DNA from: an uncultured Pseudomonadales bacterium
GTDB taxonomy: Bacteria > Patescibacteriota > Microgenomatia > UBA1400 > PJMF01
Assembly: GCA_964633875.1 (NCBI GenBank)
Contig: CAZWKL010000005.1
Location: 12,412 to 76,411, forward strand
Direction: 5' to 3'
Length of the DNA stretch: 64,000 nucleotides
The notes under the pieces are model-generated. The model saw nothing but the letters and a program-made list of their open reading frames with translations, was not told the DNA's origin and made no database searches. Shown here piece by piece: positions 37,123 to 48,082 of this stretch (the stretch's first letter is position 1; each line of letters opens with the position of its first letter). A program made the position numbers and the translations under genes.

Positions 37123-37581
37123 GTGCCAAGTAAAATCAAAAACTACACCCTAGTGTTTCTGTTTAATGAGGATCTTTCTAAGGTAGTGCTCATCAAGAAA
37201 ACTCGGCCTAAGTGGCAGAAAAATAAGTTCAATGGCGTTGGTGGAAAAATTGAGAATGGAGAAAAAACTGTTGAAGCTGCAGCTCGGGAAATAAAGGAGG
37301 AAACAGGTTATGTCATTAATAATAAGTCAAAATTAATAAAAATTGCCAGCATGGAATCGAATGAGTGGAAAGTACATATCTTTGCCGCTCAAATATATGA
37401 AGATGTAAAAATGCACGAAGCCACAGAAGAAGGAGAGGTTCAGTGGCACCAAACAAGCAATCTGCCCACTAACTGTATAGATAACTTGCCTTGGTTAATT
37501 CCATTATGCCAAAATAAACTAAAAGAAAATTACATTGATAGATGCCATATTTTTTACAAAAACGACACCGAGCATCAGTAA
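37123..37581 (+). CDS. NUDIX hydrolase
   Basis: NUDIX box GGKIENGEKTVEAAAREIKEETG. GTG start. Confidence 0.8.
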   Translation: MPSKIKNYTLVFLFNEDLSKVVLIKKTRPKWQKNKFNGVGGKIENGEKTVEAAAREIKEETGYVINNKSKLIKIASMESNEWKVHIFAAQIYEDVKMHEATEEGEVQWHQTSNLPTNCIDNLPWLIPLCQNKLKENYIDRCHIFYKNDTEHQ

Positions 37582-37601
37582 ATGCCTAAAGGAGGACGCT
37601 T

Positions 37602-40166
37602 ATGGATATGAACAAACTCACCACTAAATCAGCCGAAGCCCTGCAAGGGGCGATGCAACTGGCCGGAGAGCTGTCTCATCCGGAAATTTTGCCGCTCCAC
37701 CTGGCAGTTGTTTTGATCAATCAGCCGGCAGGGATTGTGCCGGCACTTTTGCAAAAACTGGATCAGGACCCGCAAAAAATTTCCAGCGCTCTCCAAGAAG
37801 CACTGAGCCAAAAGCCCACCGTGTCCGGGCCCACCCAGGCCTATCTCTCTTCAGCTTTAAAAACAGTCTTTGATGTTGCCGAGAAAGAAGCCGGACAAAT
37901 GAAAGACGAGTTTGTCAGCACCGAGCACTTGTTTTTAGGCTTGCTGGAACAAAAAGAAGTTGGCGAAATTTTCGCTGTCTCAACCAAAGAAGTCAAAAGC
38001 GCGCTTAAAAACCTGCGAGGCAAGCAAAAAGTCACCGACCGTGATCCTGAAAACAAGTTTCAGGCTTTAGAAAAATATACTCTGGACTTCACCCAGTTGG
38101 CTGCTGACGGCAAGATCGATCCCGTTATCGGCAGGGATCAAGAAATCCGCCGGATTATGCAAATTCTGTCCCGCCGCACCAAAAATAATCCAGTGCTGGT
38201 AGGGGAGCCGGGAGTTGGTAAAACCGCTATCGTGGAAGGCTTAGCTAAGAAAATTATTGAAAATGATGTCCCAGACCAACTGCGGAATAAGAAATTGCTT
38301 TCGCTGGATATGGGTAGCTTGGTGGCTGGAACCAAGTATAGAGGAGAATTTGAGGACAGATTGAAAGCAGTAATTCAGGAAATCGAAGCAGCGGAGGGAC
38401 AAATCATTCTCTTTATTGATGAGCTGCACACCATTGTCGGCGCCGGAGCGGCGGAAGGCTCTACCGATGCCGGCAATCTGCTTAAGCCGGCTTTAGCTCG
38501 TGGCAGTCTACGTACAATTGGCGCCACCACTTTGAAAGAATATCGCCAGTATGTGGAAAAAGACGCTGCCCTGGAACGGCGCTTCCAGCCAGTGATGGTT
38601 AACGAACCAAGTGTGAGCGACACCATTTCCATTCTTAGAGGCATTAAAGAAAAGTACGAAACTCACCACGGGGTGAGGATTAGGGACAACGCTTTGGTGG
38701 CCGCGGCCAAGCTTTCCGACCGCTATCTGCCTGACAGATTTCTGCCTGACAAAGCCATCGACCTTATGGACGAAGCCGCCGCGGCCATCAAAATTGAACT
38801 CGACAGCAAGCCTACCGAGCTTGATCAACTAGAAAGACACCTCCGGCAGCTGGAAATTGAAAAGCAAGCGCTCAAAAAAGAAACCGATGAGCAATCCAAA
38901 TCCAGGCTGAACAAGATTGAAAAAGAGCTTTCCGATCTGGGAGAGCAGTACTCGCAGCTGGAACTGCAGTGGCAAAATGAAAAGAAAGTCATTGATGAAA
39001 TCAAGTCCTTAAATCAAAAATTGGATGAACTCAGAGAGGCGGCAGCCCAAGCCGAGCGCAATCTTGACCTGCAAAAGGCAGCAGAAATAAATTATGGCGA
39101 AATTCCCAGTGCCAAAAAGCGCCTCGACGAACTCCAGCAAGAATTGGAAGAAGTGCAGCAACATCAGCAAATTCTCAAAGAAGAGGTGACGGAGGAGGAT
39201 ATAGCCAGGGTGATTGCCCGCTGGACGGGTATTCCCACCGAAAAAATGCTCATGGAGGAAAGTGAAAAACTCGCCAAGATGGAAGAGGAGATCGGTGTGC
39301 GCTTGATTGGACAACGCCAGGCGGTGGCGGCCGTCGCCAACGCGGTCCGGCGTAGCCGGGCAGGGATTAAGGAGGAGGGCCGGCCGATTGGTTCGTTTAT
39401 GTTTCTTGGCCCCACCGGGGTTGGTAAAACCGAATTGGCCAAGGCTTTAGCGGAGTTTCTTTTCAACGATGAAGACGCCATTATCCGTATTGATATGAGT
39501 GAGTACATGGAGCGCCACGCGGTTGCCAGACTAATCGGCGCTCCTCCCGGTTACATCGGCTACGAAGAGGGCGGCCAGCTCACCGAAGCGGTGCGGCGCC
39601 GGCCATACAGCGTAGTTCTTTTTGATGAAATTGAAAAAGCCCACCCAGAAGTTTTCAACACTCTGCTGCAAATCCTTGACGAAGGCAGACTGACAGACAG
39701 CAAAGGCAGAACTGTTGATTTTAAGAATACTGTTATCATCATGACTTCCAACCTCGGCAGCGACAAAATTCAAGCGCTCCAGGGTGATAAGCCAGCAGTA
39801 GAGGAGGCGGTCCACCAAGTTCTCAGCCAAAAATTCCGCCCGGAATTCCTCAACCGCCTCGATGAGATTATTATTTTTGACCCACTTTCAGAGGCAGAAA
39901 TCGGCCAGATCGTTAAACTGCAAATCGCTGAGGTGCAAAAAAGGCTGGCGGACAAAAATATTACTATCGAAATATCAGCAGAAGCCGCCGCCGAGTTGGC
40001 TAAACAAGGTTTCGATCCGGTTTTCGGCGCCAGACCGCTCAAGCGCCTGATTCAAAATACCATTCTGGACCAGCTTTCCCTGCTGATTATTGAAGGTAAA
40101 ATCAAAGAAGGCGGAAAAGTCAAAGCGGTGGTGAAAAACGGCCGGATTGTCTTAAATAAGGCGTGA
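37602..40166 (+). CDS. clpB: ATP-dependent chaperone ClpB
   Basis: Two AAA+ modules ([16 protein letters not shown]), a coiled-coil middle domain, the ClpB N-domain, 854 aa. Confidence 0.95.
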   Translation: MDMNKLTTKSAEALQGAMQLAGELSHPEILPLHLAVVLINQPAGIVPALLQKLDQDPQKISSALQEALSQKPTVSGPTQAYLSSALKTVFDVAEKEAGQMKDEFVSTEHLFLGLLEQKEVGEIFAVSTKEVKSALKNLRGKQKVTDRDPENKFQALEKYTLDFTQLAADGKIDPVIGRDQEIRRIMQILSRRTKNNPVLVGEPGVGKTAIVEGLAKKIIENDVPDQLRNKKLLSLDMGSLVAGTKYRGEFEDRLKAVIQEIEAAEGQIILFIDELHTIVGAGAAEGSTDAGNLLKPALARGSLRTIGATTLKEYRQYVEKDAALERRFQPVMVNEPSVSDTISILRGIKEKYETHHGVRIRDNALVAAAKLSDRYLPDRFLPDKAIDLMDEAAAAIKIELDSKPTELDQLERHLRQLEIEKQALKKETDEQSKSRLNKIEKELSDLGEQYSQLELQWQNEKKVIDEIKSLNQKLDELREAAAQAERNLDLQKAAEINYGEIPSAKKRLDELQQELEEVQQHQQILKEEVTEEDIARVIARWTGIPTEKMLMEESEKLAKMEEEIGVRLIGQRQAVAAVANAVRRSRAGIKEEGRPIGSFMFLGPTGVGKTELAKALAEFLFNDEDAIIRIDMSEYMERHAVARLIGAPPGYIGYEEGGQLTEAVRRRPYSVVLFDEIEKAHPEVFNTLLQILDEGRLTDSKGRTVDFKNTVIIMTSNLGSDKIQALQGDKPAVEEAVHQVLSQKFRPEFLNRLDEIIIFDPLSEAEIGQIVKLQIAEVQKRLADKNITIEISAEAAAELAKQGFDPVFGARPLKRLIQNTILDQLSLLIIEGKIKEGGKVKAVVKNGRIVLNKA

Positions 40167-40228
40167 TATAATTCAATTCGCGCCAATTTTTGCGCCTGCT
40201 TATGTTACAATAACCCTCTCAGGAAGAT

Positions 40229-40302
40229 GGGTGACTAGCTCAGTTGGTTAGAGCGCAGTCCTGATAAGACTGAGGTCAATGGTTCGAATCCATTGTCACC
40301 CA
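40229..40302 (+). tRNA. tRNA-Ile(GAT)
   Basis: GGGTGACTAGCTCAGTTGGTTAGAGCGCAGTCCTGATAAGACTGAGGTCAATGGTTCGAATCCATTGTCACCCA. Anticodon loop CTGATAA gives anticodon GAT. Confidence 0.85.
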
Positions 40303-40378
40303 CATTTTCTTTTCCCATAGGTTCGCTGTTCCTATTCACCCTTGCGCTTTAGCAGACAAACATTTAGAATGCTAATTT

Positions 40379-42826
40379 ATGAATGCTGATCAAGCCAAAG
40401 AAACAAAAATAATTACTATTAAGCCGAGTAAAAACAAGACCCTGCCGGTAATTCCCATCAGGGAAGGAGTGCTTTTTCCCAGTACTGAATCCGTGCTTAC
40501 TTTCGGCAGAAAAGTTTCTCTTAACGCTCTCAAGGCTGCCAATGGTACCAAAAAACAAGTGGTACTGGTGACCCAGCGCGACGCCAAAATTGACGAGCCA
40601 ACCCCTGAAGATTTGTACCAGATTGGCACGCTGGCAGTTATTGAAAAAACCCTCAAAACAGAGGACAGCATTAATGCTTTGGTCAGGGGACTGGGCCGGG
40701 TGAAAATTCTCAACTTTATTGAAACTGATCCTATGTTTTCTGCCGAAATTGAAAAGCTCGACCCCACCAGCGAAGACGATGAAGAAATGGCCGCTATGGT
40801 GGCTCATTTGCAAAAAGAATTCCGCAAAGCCGTCCACATGGGCAAACCAGTGGAATTTCTCAACTTCATGAAATTGATGGGTGGAGTTACTCATGGCGAG
40901 TTAGTTGACCAAATTGCTAGTACTCTGAGCATTAAAACCCCAGAGAAACAGATGTTGCTTGAGCTGACTGATGTTAAAGAGCGGATGAAACTGGTGATCA
41001 AGCACTTGGCTCACGAAATGAAGGTGTTGGAAATTGAAAAAGACGTAGTTCACAAAACCCAGGAAAAATTTGACAAACACATGCGCGAAAATATTCTGCG
41101 CGAAAGGCTGAGGACGATTCAGCGCGAGTTGGGTGAAATTGACGATGATGAAGAAGTTGTCGGCGATTACGAAAAACGCCTCAAGAATCTAGTGCTCAGC
41201 AAAGACATCAGGAGCAAAATTAAGAAAGAGATTAAGCGGCTGAGACAAATGTCCGTTAATAATCCTGAAGCGGGTTATATCCGTTCATGGCTTGATACTA
41301 TTTTTGAACTGCCTTGGAATAAAGTTAGTGAAGGCAATGTCAACCTTGAACGAGCTGAGGCTGTGCTGGAAAAAAATCATTACGGACTGGAGGAAGTTAA
41401 AGATCGCATTCTCGAGTCCATCGCGGTGATGCAGTTGGGTCAGCAAAAGCAAATTGACGAAATTACTCAAGGTAAAGTGATTGAAAAGACCAGCTTGCCC
41501 ACCATTCTGTGTTTTGTGGGGCCGCCCGGTGTGGGTAAAACTAGTATCGGTAAAGCTATCGCGGAGTCACTCGGCAGAAAATTTGTTAAAATTTCTCTTG
41601 GAGGAGTTAAAGACGAAGCAGAAATTCGCGGCCACAGGCGCACTTATGTCGGCGCTATGGCGGGAAAAATTATTAACGGCATTAGAAATGCCGGCACTAA
41701 GAATCCGGTCTTTATGCTTGATGAAGTCGATAAAATCGGTGGTGACTACAAAGGCGATCCTTCCGCAGCCTTACTGGAGGCGCTTGATCCGGAACAAAAC
41801 AACAAGTTTGAGGATCATTATCTTGACTTGCCGTTTGATCTGTCTCAAGTAATCTTCATTACTACCGCCAACCGCCTGGATACTATTCCCCCAGCACTGT
41901 TGGACCGTTTGGAAATCATCCAGTATTCAGGCTACACGCACGAAGAAAAATTCCACATTGCCAAAGAACACCTGCTACCCAAAGTAACTGCGGCCAACAA
42001 TCTCAACAGCGGTCAAATAAAAATTTCTGACCGGGTCATTAAAACTATTATTGAACTTTATACCAAGGAGGCAGGAGTTAGAAGTCTGGAACGAACCCTG
42101 AGCAAAATCATGAGAAAAGCTGCCAGAGAACTAATTGCTTCTTACCAAGATGAAAAATCGCAAGATGTGGAAAGCATTGCTATTTCTAACGATAAGCTAG
42201 AAGATTTTCTGGGTCCAGCCAAATACGATGTGACTTTAGCTGAAGAGCAAGACATCGTTGGTCAGGCTACCGGCTTGGCTTTCACCAGTGTGGGCGGCGA
42301 CGTGCTCTTTATTGAAGTAGCCCTCACTCCCGGCAAAGGTGAAATTAAGCTCACCGGTAAACTGGGTGATGTTATGAAAGAGTCAGCCCAAGCAGCGCTC
42401 ACTTACGTCAAGTCCAACGCCGACAATCTGGGTATAGACAAAGAGGCCCTCAAGAAAACAGATGTTCATATTCACGTTCCGGAAGGAGCGGTGCCTAAAG
42501 ACGGCCCTTCAGCGGGTGTAACTATTACTGCGGCGATTGTTTCAGCCTTTACTAACATCCCTGTCAAAAAAGATGTAGCCATGACCGGCGAAGTCACTTT
42601 GCGAGGTAGGGTGCTGAGAATTGGCGGTTTGAAAGAAAAGAGCATTGCTGCGCACAGGGCAGGCAGCAAAGTTGTCTTAATTCCGGCAGAAAATATGCGC
42701 GATCTTCCTGAATTGCCAGATGCAATCAAAAAGGAAATTAAGTTCATTGGTGTTTCGCACGTCTCGGAAGCCTTGCGGGAAGCCTTGACTAAGCCTCCTA
42801 AGTCCTTGAGCCGGCTGGTGAGCTAA
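40379..42826 (+). CDS. lon: ATP-dependent protease Lon
   Basis: LON N-domain, AAA+ (GPPGVGKTS) and protease domain with DGPSAGVTITAAIVSAF. Catalytic Ser-Lys dyad. Confidence 0.95.
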   Translation: MNADQAKETKIITIKPSKNKTLPVIPIREGVLFPSTESVLTFGRKVSLNALKAANGTKKQVVLVTQRDAKIDEPTPEDLYQIGTLAVIEKTLKTEDSINALVRGLGRVKILNFIETDPMFSAEIEKLDPTSEDDEEMAAMVAHLQKEFRKAVHMGKPVEFLNFMKLMGGVTHGELVDQIASTLSIKTPEKQMLLELTDVKERMKLVIKHLAHEMKVLEIEKDVVHKTQEKFDKHMRENILRERLRTIQRELGEIDDDEEVVGDYEKRLKNLVLSKDIRSKIKKEIKRLRQMSVNNPEAGYIRSWLDTIFELPWNKVSEGNVNLERAEAVLEKNHYGLEEVKDRILESIAVMQLGQQKQIDEITQGKVIEKTSLPTILCFVGPPGVGKTSIGKAIAESLGRKFVKISLGGVKDEAEIRGHRRTYVGAMAGKIINGIRNAGTKNPVFMLDEVDKIGGDYKGDPSAALLEALDPEQNNKFEDHYLDLPFDLSQVIFITTANRLDTIPPALLDRLEIIQYSGYTHEEKFHIAKEHLLPKVTAANNLNSGQIKISDRVIKTIIELYTKEAGVRSLERTLSKIMRKAARELIASYQDEKSQDVESIAISNDKLEDFLGPAKYDVTLAEEQDIVGQATGLAFTSVGGDVLFIEVALTPGKGEIKLTGKLGDVMKESAQAALTYVKSNADNLGIDKEALKKTDVHIHVPEGAVPKDGPSAGVTITAAIVSAFTNIPVKKDVAMTGEVTLRGRVLRIGGLKEKSIAAHRAGSKVVLIPAENMRDLPELPDAIKKEIKFIGVSHVSEALREALTKPPKSLSRLVS

Positions 42827-42844
42827 TCGTGATAAACTAGCAGT

Positions 42845-43717
42845 ATGAAGAAAGTGCTTGCTTTGGGGCTGCTGATCGGAGCGGCCGTGCTCGTGGCCGC
42901 CTGCATTCCCCTCGCCAAACCTGAAAAATCAGGCATTAGGGTTGTTACCAATGGCGTTGACAGCACTGTCTATCTCAATGACAATTATCTGGACAAAACC
43001 CCAACCCTGAATCAGAGCTTATCTCCAGGCACTTATACTCTAAAAATTCAGCCCAATGATCCGGAATATGTACCCTACGAAACCACGGTGAAGCTCCACC
43101 CCGGCTCACTGACAGTAGTAACTTGGAATCCCAGCACGCGCATAGAGTACAGCGGCGGCATTATTTTCGAAATGGAACCAATTAGATCCAGTAATACCGC
43201 GGAAATTTCGGTGGTTACTATTCCTGATGGAGCCATTATTAAACTGGGAGAGGGAGATAAAGAATTTGCTCCTTTTATTTTCCAAAACGTTCAGCCAGGC
43301 CAACATGAGTTGGAAATTATGTTGCCTTCGTATGAAGTGCAGCAGCACACTTTGGATGTGCCAACGGGTTTCCGGCTCCTGGTTAATGTGAAGTTGGCAA
43401 AGCAGCTGAATCCTGCTGATACCAGCGAGAAAAACATCACTGCTCCAGAAAGAGAGGAAGACACCAGTGAACCAGCTACTTCATCAGCCATGATTGCCAG
43501 ACCAAGGGTACAAATCCAAAAAACCGGTTTCTTTAATAACGGGCAGGAGGTTTTGCGGGTGAGAGACGCTGCTGGGTTGGTAGGCAAAGAGCTGGGGTTT
43601 GCTCCTGTCGGCTCGTGGTATCAGTACTTAAATGAAACCAATGCCGGCTGGCTGAAGATCAATTTCAACAATCAAGTAGGTTGGGTGAGCCAAGATTATG
43701 CGTTGCTTGAAAATTAG
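42845..43717 (+). CDS. secreted/lipoprotein with PEGA-like repeats and C-terminal SH3b-like domain
   Basis: Signal/lipobox region LIGAAVLVAAC. Two PEGA-like segments (VVTNGVDSTVYLND..., VVTIPDGAIIKLGEG...). C-terminus GWLKINFNNQVGWVSQDY. Confidence 0.45.
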   Translation: MKKVLALGLLIGAAVLVAACIPLAKPEKSGIRVVTNGVDSTVYLNDNYLDKTPTLNQSLSPGTYTLKIQPNDPEYVPYETTVKLHPGSLTVVTWNPSTRIEYSGGIIFEMEPIRSSNTAEISVVTIPDGAIIKLGEGDKEFAPFIFQNVQPGQHELEIMLPSYEVQQHTLDVPTGFRLLVNVKLAKQLNPADTSEKNITAPEREEDTSEPATSSAMIARPRVQIQKTGFFNNGQEVLRVRDAAGLVGKELGFAPVGSWYQYLNETNAGWLKINFNNQVGWVSQDYALLEN

Positions 43718-45383
43718 CAGTTGGATTTTCCTGCTGTTTTTCCTGGTTTATTTTTCCTATTTTTGGTTGAATGTGGGTAAATTCGAAAATGGTAATTTTT
43801 TCCTGCGCCAAAGTAATATGTGGGGAGATTGGGCGCTCCATTTTACTGTTGGTTCTGCTTTTGCCGAACGATCGTTTTGGTTGTCTGAAAATCCACTCCT
43901 GATCAATACTCAGATTTCATATCCTCCTTTTACCGGCTGGTTAGCGGCAATTTTGTTTAAGTTAGGCTTGCCTTTTTTTGCCGCTTTTATTGTTCCAAGT
44001 TATTTTTTTTCGCTCCTCATAGTTTTGGTTCTGTTTTTATTTTTTAAAATTTTGCTGAAATCACAAAAAATGGCGGTCGCTGCTTCGCTTTTGTACTTAC
44101 TCAATGGTGGTTGGGGCTTTATTTATTACTTTGCTGAGATTGCCAACAGCGCAGATAAGTGGAGAGCCATCTTTTTTCCTGTTCAAGAATACACTGACAT
44201 GGCGGAAAAAGGCATTCACTTCATGTCTTTTCTCACTAGCATGATTTATCCGCAGCGGGCTTTTGCCGTCGGTTTTCCGCTAGTGTTGGGAGCGCTTGGA
44301 ATTGTGATGTACTTATTGGTGTTGAAGAAAAAAGTGAACAAGCAGTATCGCTGGCCATTGTTGGCAATCACCACTATTACCATCGGCATCTCACCAATCA
44401 TTCACCCCCACGCGGCTTTAGCTGCTGCTATTATTTTGCTTTCCTGGTTTGCTTTTCATCTGGCAGAAAATTGGCGGGGTAAAAACCTCCAGCAAAAGTT
44501 GAGTCGCGCGCTGCGAAAATCCCGAGAGTGGTTGGCAGTTGGTGGCGGCTCTATTCTGATTGCCTTGTTTTTACTAGTGTTTTTCTTTGCCAGCAGCGTA
44601 GAAAACAAAACTAGCTTTATCAGCCTCAACCCAGGCTTTATGTCAGCTGAATCTGATTATTCTTGGCCAGTTTACTGGTTGATGAATTGGGGTCTGGTTC
44701 CTGTGCTGGGAATATCGGGATTATTGCTGTTGTTCAAATTCAATAAAACCGCCGGCAAAGTAATTTTTCCCTTTTTCTTGATTTTCTTACTCGCCAATAT
44801 CTGGCAATTCCAACCCTGGATTTGGGATAACATGAAGTTGCTGGCTTGGTCAGCGGTGGGGATTGTCGCCGCGGCAACCATTGCGATCCAAAAAATCTGG
44901 AGCCAAAAAGGCTTACTGCCCAGATTGGCCGCGGCCTTGATTTTCTTGTCTTGCATCTCTTCCGGTTCACTGGAAATGCTCAAAAATCTCCAGTTTTCTA
45001 GACATCATTACTTGATGTACTCGGCAGAAGAACTGGAGTTGGCTAACTGGATAAAAAGCCACACCCACAAAGACAGCATTTGGCTTACCAGCACTGTTTC
45101 CAACAACTGGACTTACAACCTAACCGGCCGGCAAACCATTTTGGCCTATCCTGGTTGGCTAATATCGCACGGGTATAAGATCAATGAAGTGATGGAAGAT
45201 CATGCCCGGATGATGCGCTCACCTCAGACTGCACTTGATTTATTTGCCAAGTATCAAATTACTCATATCGCCATTGGACCAAGAGAAATAGAACAGCACG
45301 ACGCCGACCTTGAAAGATTCGGCCAGTTATTCACTCCCATCAAAACCACTCAGAATTACACCATTTTTCAGACAGAAAATTAG
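43698..45383 (+). CDS. polytopic membrane protein (GT-C-like/unknown)
   Basis: More than 10 hydrophobic helices. No soluble catalytic motif recognised. Confidence 0.4.
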   Translation: MRCLKISSWIFLLFFLVYFSYFWLNVGKFENGNFFLRQSNMWGDWALHFTVGSAFAERSFWLSENPLLINTQISYPPFTGWLAAILFKLGLPFFAAFIVPSYFFSLLIVLVLFLFFKILLKSQKMAVAASLLYLLNGGWGFIYYFAEIANSADKWRAIFFPVQEYTDMAEKGIHFMSFLTSMIYPQRAFAVGFPLVLGALGIVMYLLVLKKKVNKQYRWPLLAITTITIGISPIIHPHAALAAAIILLSWFAFHLAENWRGKNLQQKLSRALRKSREWLAVGGGSILIALFLLVFFFASSVENKTSFISLNPGFMSAESDYSWPVYWLMNWGLVPVLGISGLLLLFKFNKTAGKVIFPFFLIFLLANIWQFQPWIWDNMKLLAWSAVGIVAAATIAIQKIWSQKGLLPRLAAALIFLSCISSGSLEMLKNLQFSRHHYLMYSAEELELANWIKSHTHKDSIWLTSTVSNNWTYNLTGRQTILAYPGWLISHGYKINEVMEDHARMMRSPQTALDLFAKYQITHIAIGPREIEQHDADLERFGQLFTPIKTTQNYTIFQTEN

Positions 45384-46066
45384 TCTGAAACAGCTTTGGC
45401 TATTACGGCTGCAAACTCTCCGACATTCAACGAAGCGCCACCCACTAAAGCTCCATCAGTAACCAAAGTGTACTCCCCGATATTTTGCGGCTCAACGCTG
45501 CCGCCATATAAAACCGGTACCTCGCCAAAAGAGTTCCTGATTTTCTCCCGCACTTGTTTCACTTGGCCGACATCGGCATTTCGGCCCGTGCCAATGGCCT
45601 CAAGCGGCTCGTAAACTACCAAGCATTGCCGCAAGTACTCATCATCAATGGCCGCGGCTTGTGGCTCGACATCATTTTCATCAACGCAGACAAGCGGCTT
45701 TAAACCTGCACTAAGCGCTTGATCAATTTTGCCGGCCACCTCTTGATGAGTTTCATGAAAATAGCGCCGCCGTTCTGAGTGCCCAAGAATGGCGTAAGCC
45801 ACACTTAAACCCATAATGTTTCTGGTAGCAATAGCGCCGGTGTAACTGCCGGCAGAAAAATGACTGAGGTCTTGAACCGCCAGCTTCACCTTGGTGCCGA
45901 CAAACTTTTCCGCCAGCGCCGGCAATAAAGTAAAAGGCGGCGCCACCACCACTTCAACTCCCGCCGGAAAACTGTCGCTCTCGGCCAAAAACTGATCTGC
46001 CCAGTGGCGCGCTTCTTCAATATTTTTATTAGCTTTCCAGTTACCCACTACGATTTTTTTCATCAT
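45380..46066 (-). CDS. tpiA: triosephosphate isomerase
   Basis: GNWKANK, AILGHSERR and YEPLEAIGTG motifs. Confidence 0.9.
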   Translation of the reverse strand: MMKKIVVGNWKANKNIEEARHWADQFLAESDSFPAGVEVVVAPPFTLLPALAEKFVGTKVKLAVQDLSHFSAGSYTGAIATRNIMGLSVAYAILGHSERRRYFHETHQEVAGKIDQALSAGLKPLVCVDENDVEPQAAAIDDEYLRQCLVVYEPLEAIGTGRNADVGQVKQVREKIRNSFGEVPVLYGGSVEPQNIGEYTLVTDGALVGGASLNVGEFAAVIAKAVSD

Positions 46067-46112
46067 GAAGTCACTATATCATTACGACTCACGGCTGTGC
46101 TAGTATGTTGGC

Positions 46113-48005
46113 GTGCTGAATTTATTGGACAAGCTCAACGAACAACAAAAAAAGGCAGTGCTCCACAGCGAAGGGCCGGCTATTGTCCTGGCTGGCGCTG
46201 GTTCCGGCAAAACTACCGTCTTGACTACCAGAGCCGCTCATCTGATTGCCAGCAAGCAGGTTGATCCTCGGTCAGTGATGGTGGTGACTTTTACCAACAA
46301 AGCAGCAGGAGAAATCCGCCAACGCATTCAAAGCAGCACCGGTTTCAGCCTTCCTTATTCAGGCACCTTTCACAGTCTTTGCGCTAGAATCCTGAGAATC
46401 GATGGCCAGCATATTGGCCTCAACCGTGATTTTGTCATCTACGACACCGACAACCAAAAGCAGCTCCTAAAACACATTTACAAAGAGCGGGGATTGGAAA
46501 ATAGCCGGTTTGGCCTTCAGGCGGTCCGGAGTGTCATTTCTCAAGCGAAAAATGAAATTATCAGCCCTCAACAATACGCAGAAATGGCTCAGGGCAAGTA
46601 TCAAGAACAAGCTGCGCAGATATACGCTTGGTATCAGCGGGAGTTAGAAAAGGCTCAAGCGGTTGATTTTGATGATCTGCTGCTTAAAACTCTGCAGTTA
46701 CTTAAAAATGTCCCGATGGTGAGAGATAAATATCAGAACCAACTTGAACATGTTCTGGTCGATGAGTACCAAGACACTAACAAAGTTCAGTACGAATTAA
46801 CCAAAATTTTCACCCAGCCGCACAACAACTTATACGTAGTTGGCGACTTCAGTCAAAGCATTTACGCCTGGAGGGGAGCTGATTACCGTAACATGTTACT
46901 TTTACGCCAAGATTTTGCCGGTATCACCGAGTACCGGCTTGAACAAAATTACCGTTCCAGCCAAACTATTCTTGACGCAGCCACTCAGGTAATTTCCCAC
47001 AACACCAATCACCCTATTCTCGAACTTTGGACCACCAAAACCGCCGGCAATAACATCAACGTCATCGAGGCCGCCAGCGGCAGAGAAGAGGCCCGCGAAG
47101 TAGTCAAGCATATTCAAAAAGAAAAAGTCCAGTACCCCTACAGCGAAATGGCCATTTTGTACCGGACTAACGCTCAATCGCGCGAGTTTGAAGAAGCGCT
47201 GATCCGGGCGGGCATTCCTTATCGTCTGATTGGCGGCACCAAATTCTACGAGCGCAAAGAAATTAAGGACGTGATTTCGTACCTCAGCTACTTCGTCAAC
47301 CAAATGGATGTGGTTAGTTTTGCCCGAATCCAAAAACTTGGTAAAAGGAGACTAGAAAAATTTACTAACTGGTTCCAGAGTAAGAAGGTGCAAGACAAAG
47401 ATCCGGCCGGCATTCTAAAATCCATCCTGGATGTCACCGGCTATCTGGATAAATACAACAAAGAAAATGAAGAGGATCTTAGCAGAATCGAAAACGTTCA
47501 CGAGCTGATCAACGTAGCCGCTCAATTTACCACCGTGCAACAGTTGCTGGAAAATATTGCCCTCATTCAAGACGACGCTTTTGCCGACGTCAGTGAAAAA
47601 GAAACAAACAATGCTGTCAGTCTGATGAGTCTGCATTCTGCCAAAGGTTTGGAATTTGAGGTAGTTTTTATGGTGGGGATGGAAGATGGCCTGATGCCGC
47701 ACTCGCGATCAATGCTGGACCCGGAAGAAATGGAAGAAGAAAGAAGGCTTTGTTATGTCGGGATTACCAGGGCCAAATCTCAGCTTTACTTAACTTACGC
47801 CCGTTCCAGATACCAATACGGCAGCCAACAAAATGCTCTTCGCAGCCGGTTTTTGGGCGACATTTCCGAGCAAATTTTGCACTTTTCCGGCGGTGATCAA
47901 GAAAATCATTCTCCAACCAACAGACGATATGTTCAGATAGACGAAAATTTGGTAGAGGGCATCATTAAGGGAGAACTGGACCTTGATGCTTTCATCGACA
48001 GTTAA
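46113..48005 (+). CDS. uvrD: ATP-dependent DNA helicase UvrD/PcrA family
   Basis: Walker A LAGAGSGKTTVLTTR. SF1 helicase motifs (VDEYQDTN, TVHSAKGLEF-like LHSAKGLEF). GTG start. Confidence 0.9.
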   Translation: MLNLLDKLNEQQKKAVLHSEGPAIVLAGAGSGKTTVLTTRAAHLIASKQVDPRSVMVVTFTNKAAGEIRQRIQSSTGFSLPYSGTFHSLCARILRIDGQHIGLNRDFVIYDTDNQKQLLKHIYKERGLENSRFGLQAVRSVISQAKNEIISPQQYAEMAQGKYQEQAAQIYAWYQRELEKAQAVDFDDLLLKTLQLLKNVPMVRDKYQNQLEHVLVDEYQDTNKVQYELTKIFTQPHNNLYVVGDFSQSIYAWRGADYRNMLLLRQDFAGITEYRLEQNYRSSQTILDAATQVISHNTNHPILELWTTKTAGNNINVIEAASGREEAREVVKHIQKEKVQYPYSEMAILYRTNAQSREFEEALIRAGIPYRLIGGTKFYERKEIKDVISYLSYFVNQMDVVSFARIQKLGKRRLEKFTNWFQSKKVQDKDPAGILKSILDVTGYLDKYNKENEEDLSRIENVHELINVAAQFTTVQQLLENIALIQDDAFADVSEKETNNAVSLMSLHSAKGLEFEVVFMVGMEDGLMPHSRSMLDPEEMEEERRLCYVGITRAKSQLYLTYARSRYQYGSQQNALRSRFLGDISEQILHFSGGDQENHSPTNRRYVQIDENLVEGIIKGELDLDAFIDS

Positions 48006-48082
48006 AGTCAACACCTGGCCAAACAGGAACAAAAGAAACATGATTGGAGTTTTGTCATGAGTTCTTTATAATACCACTCAGT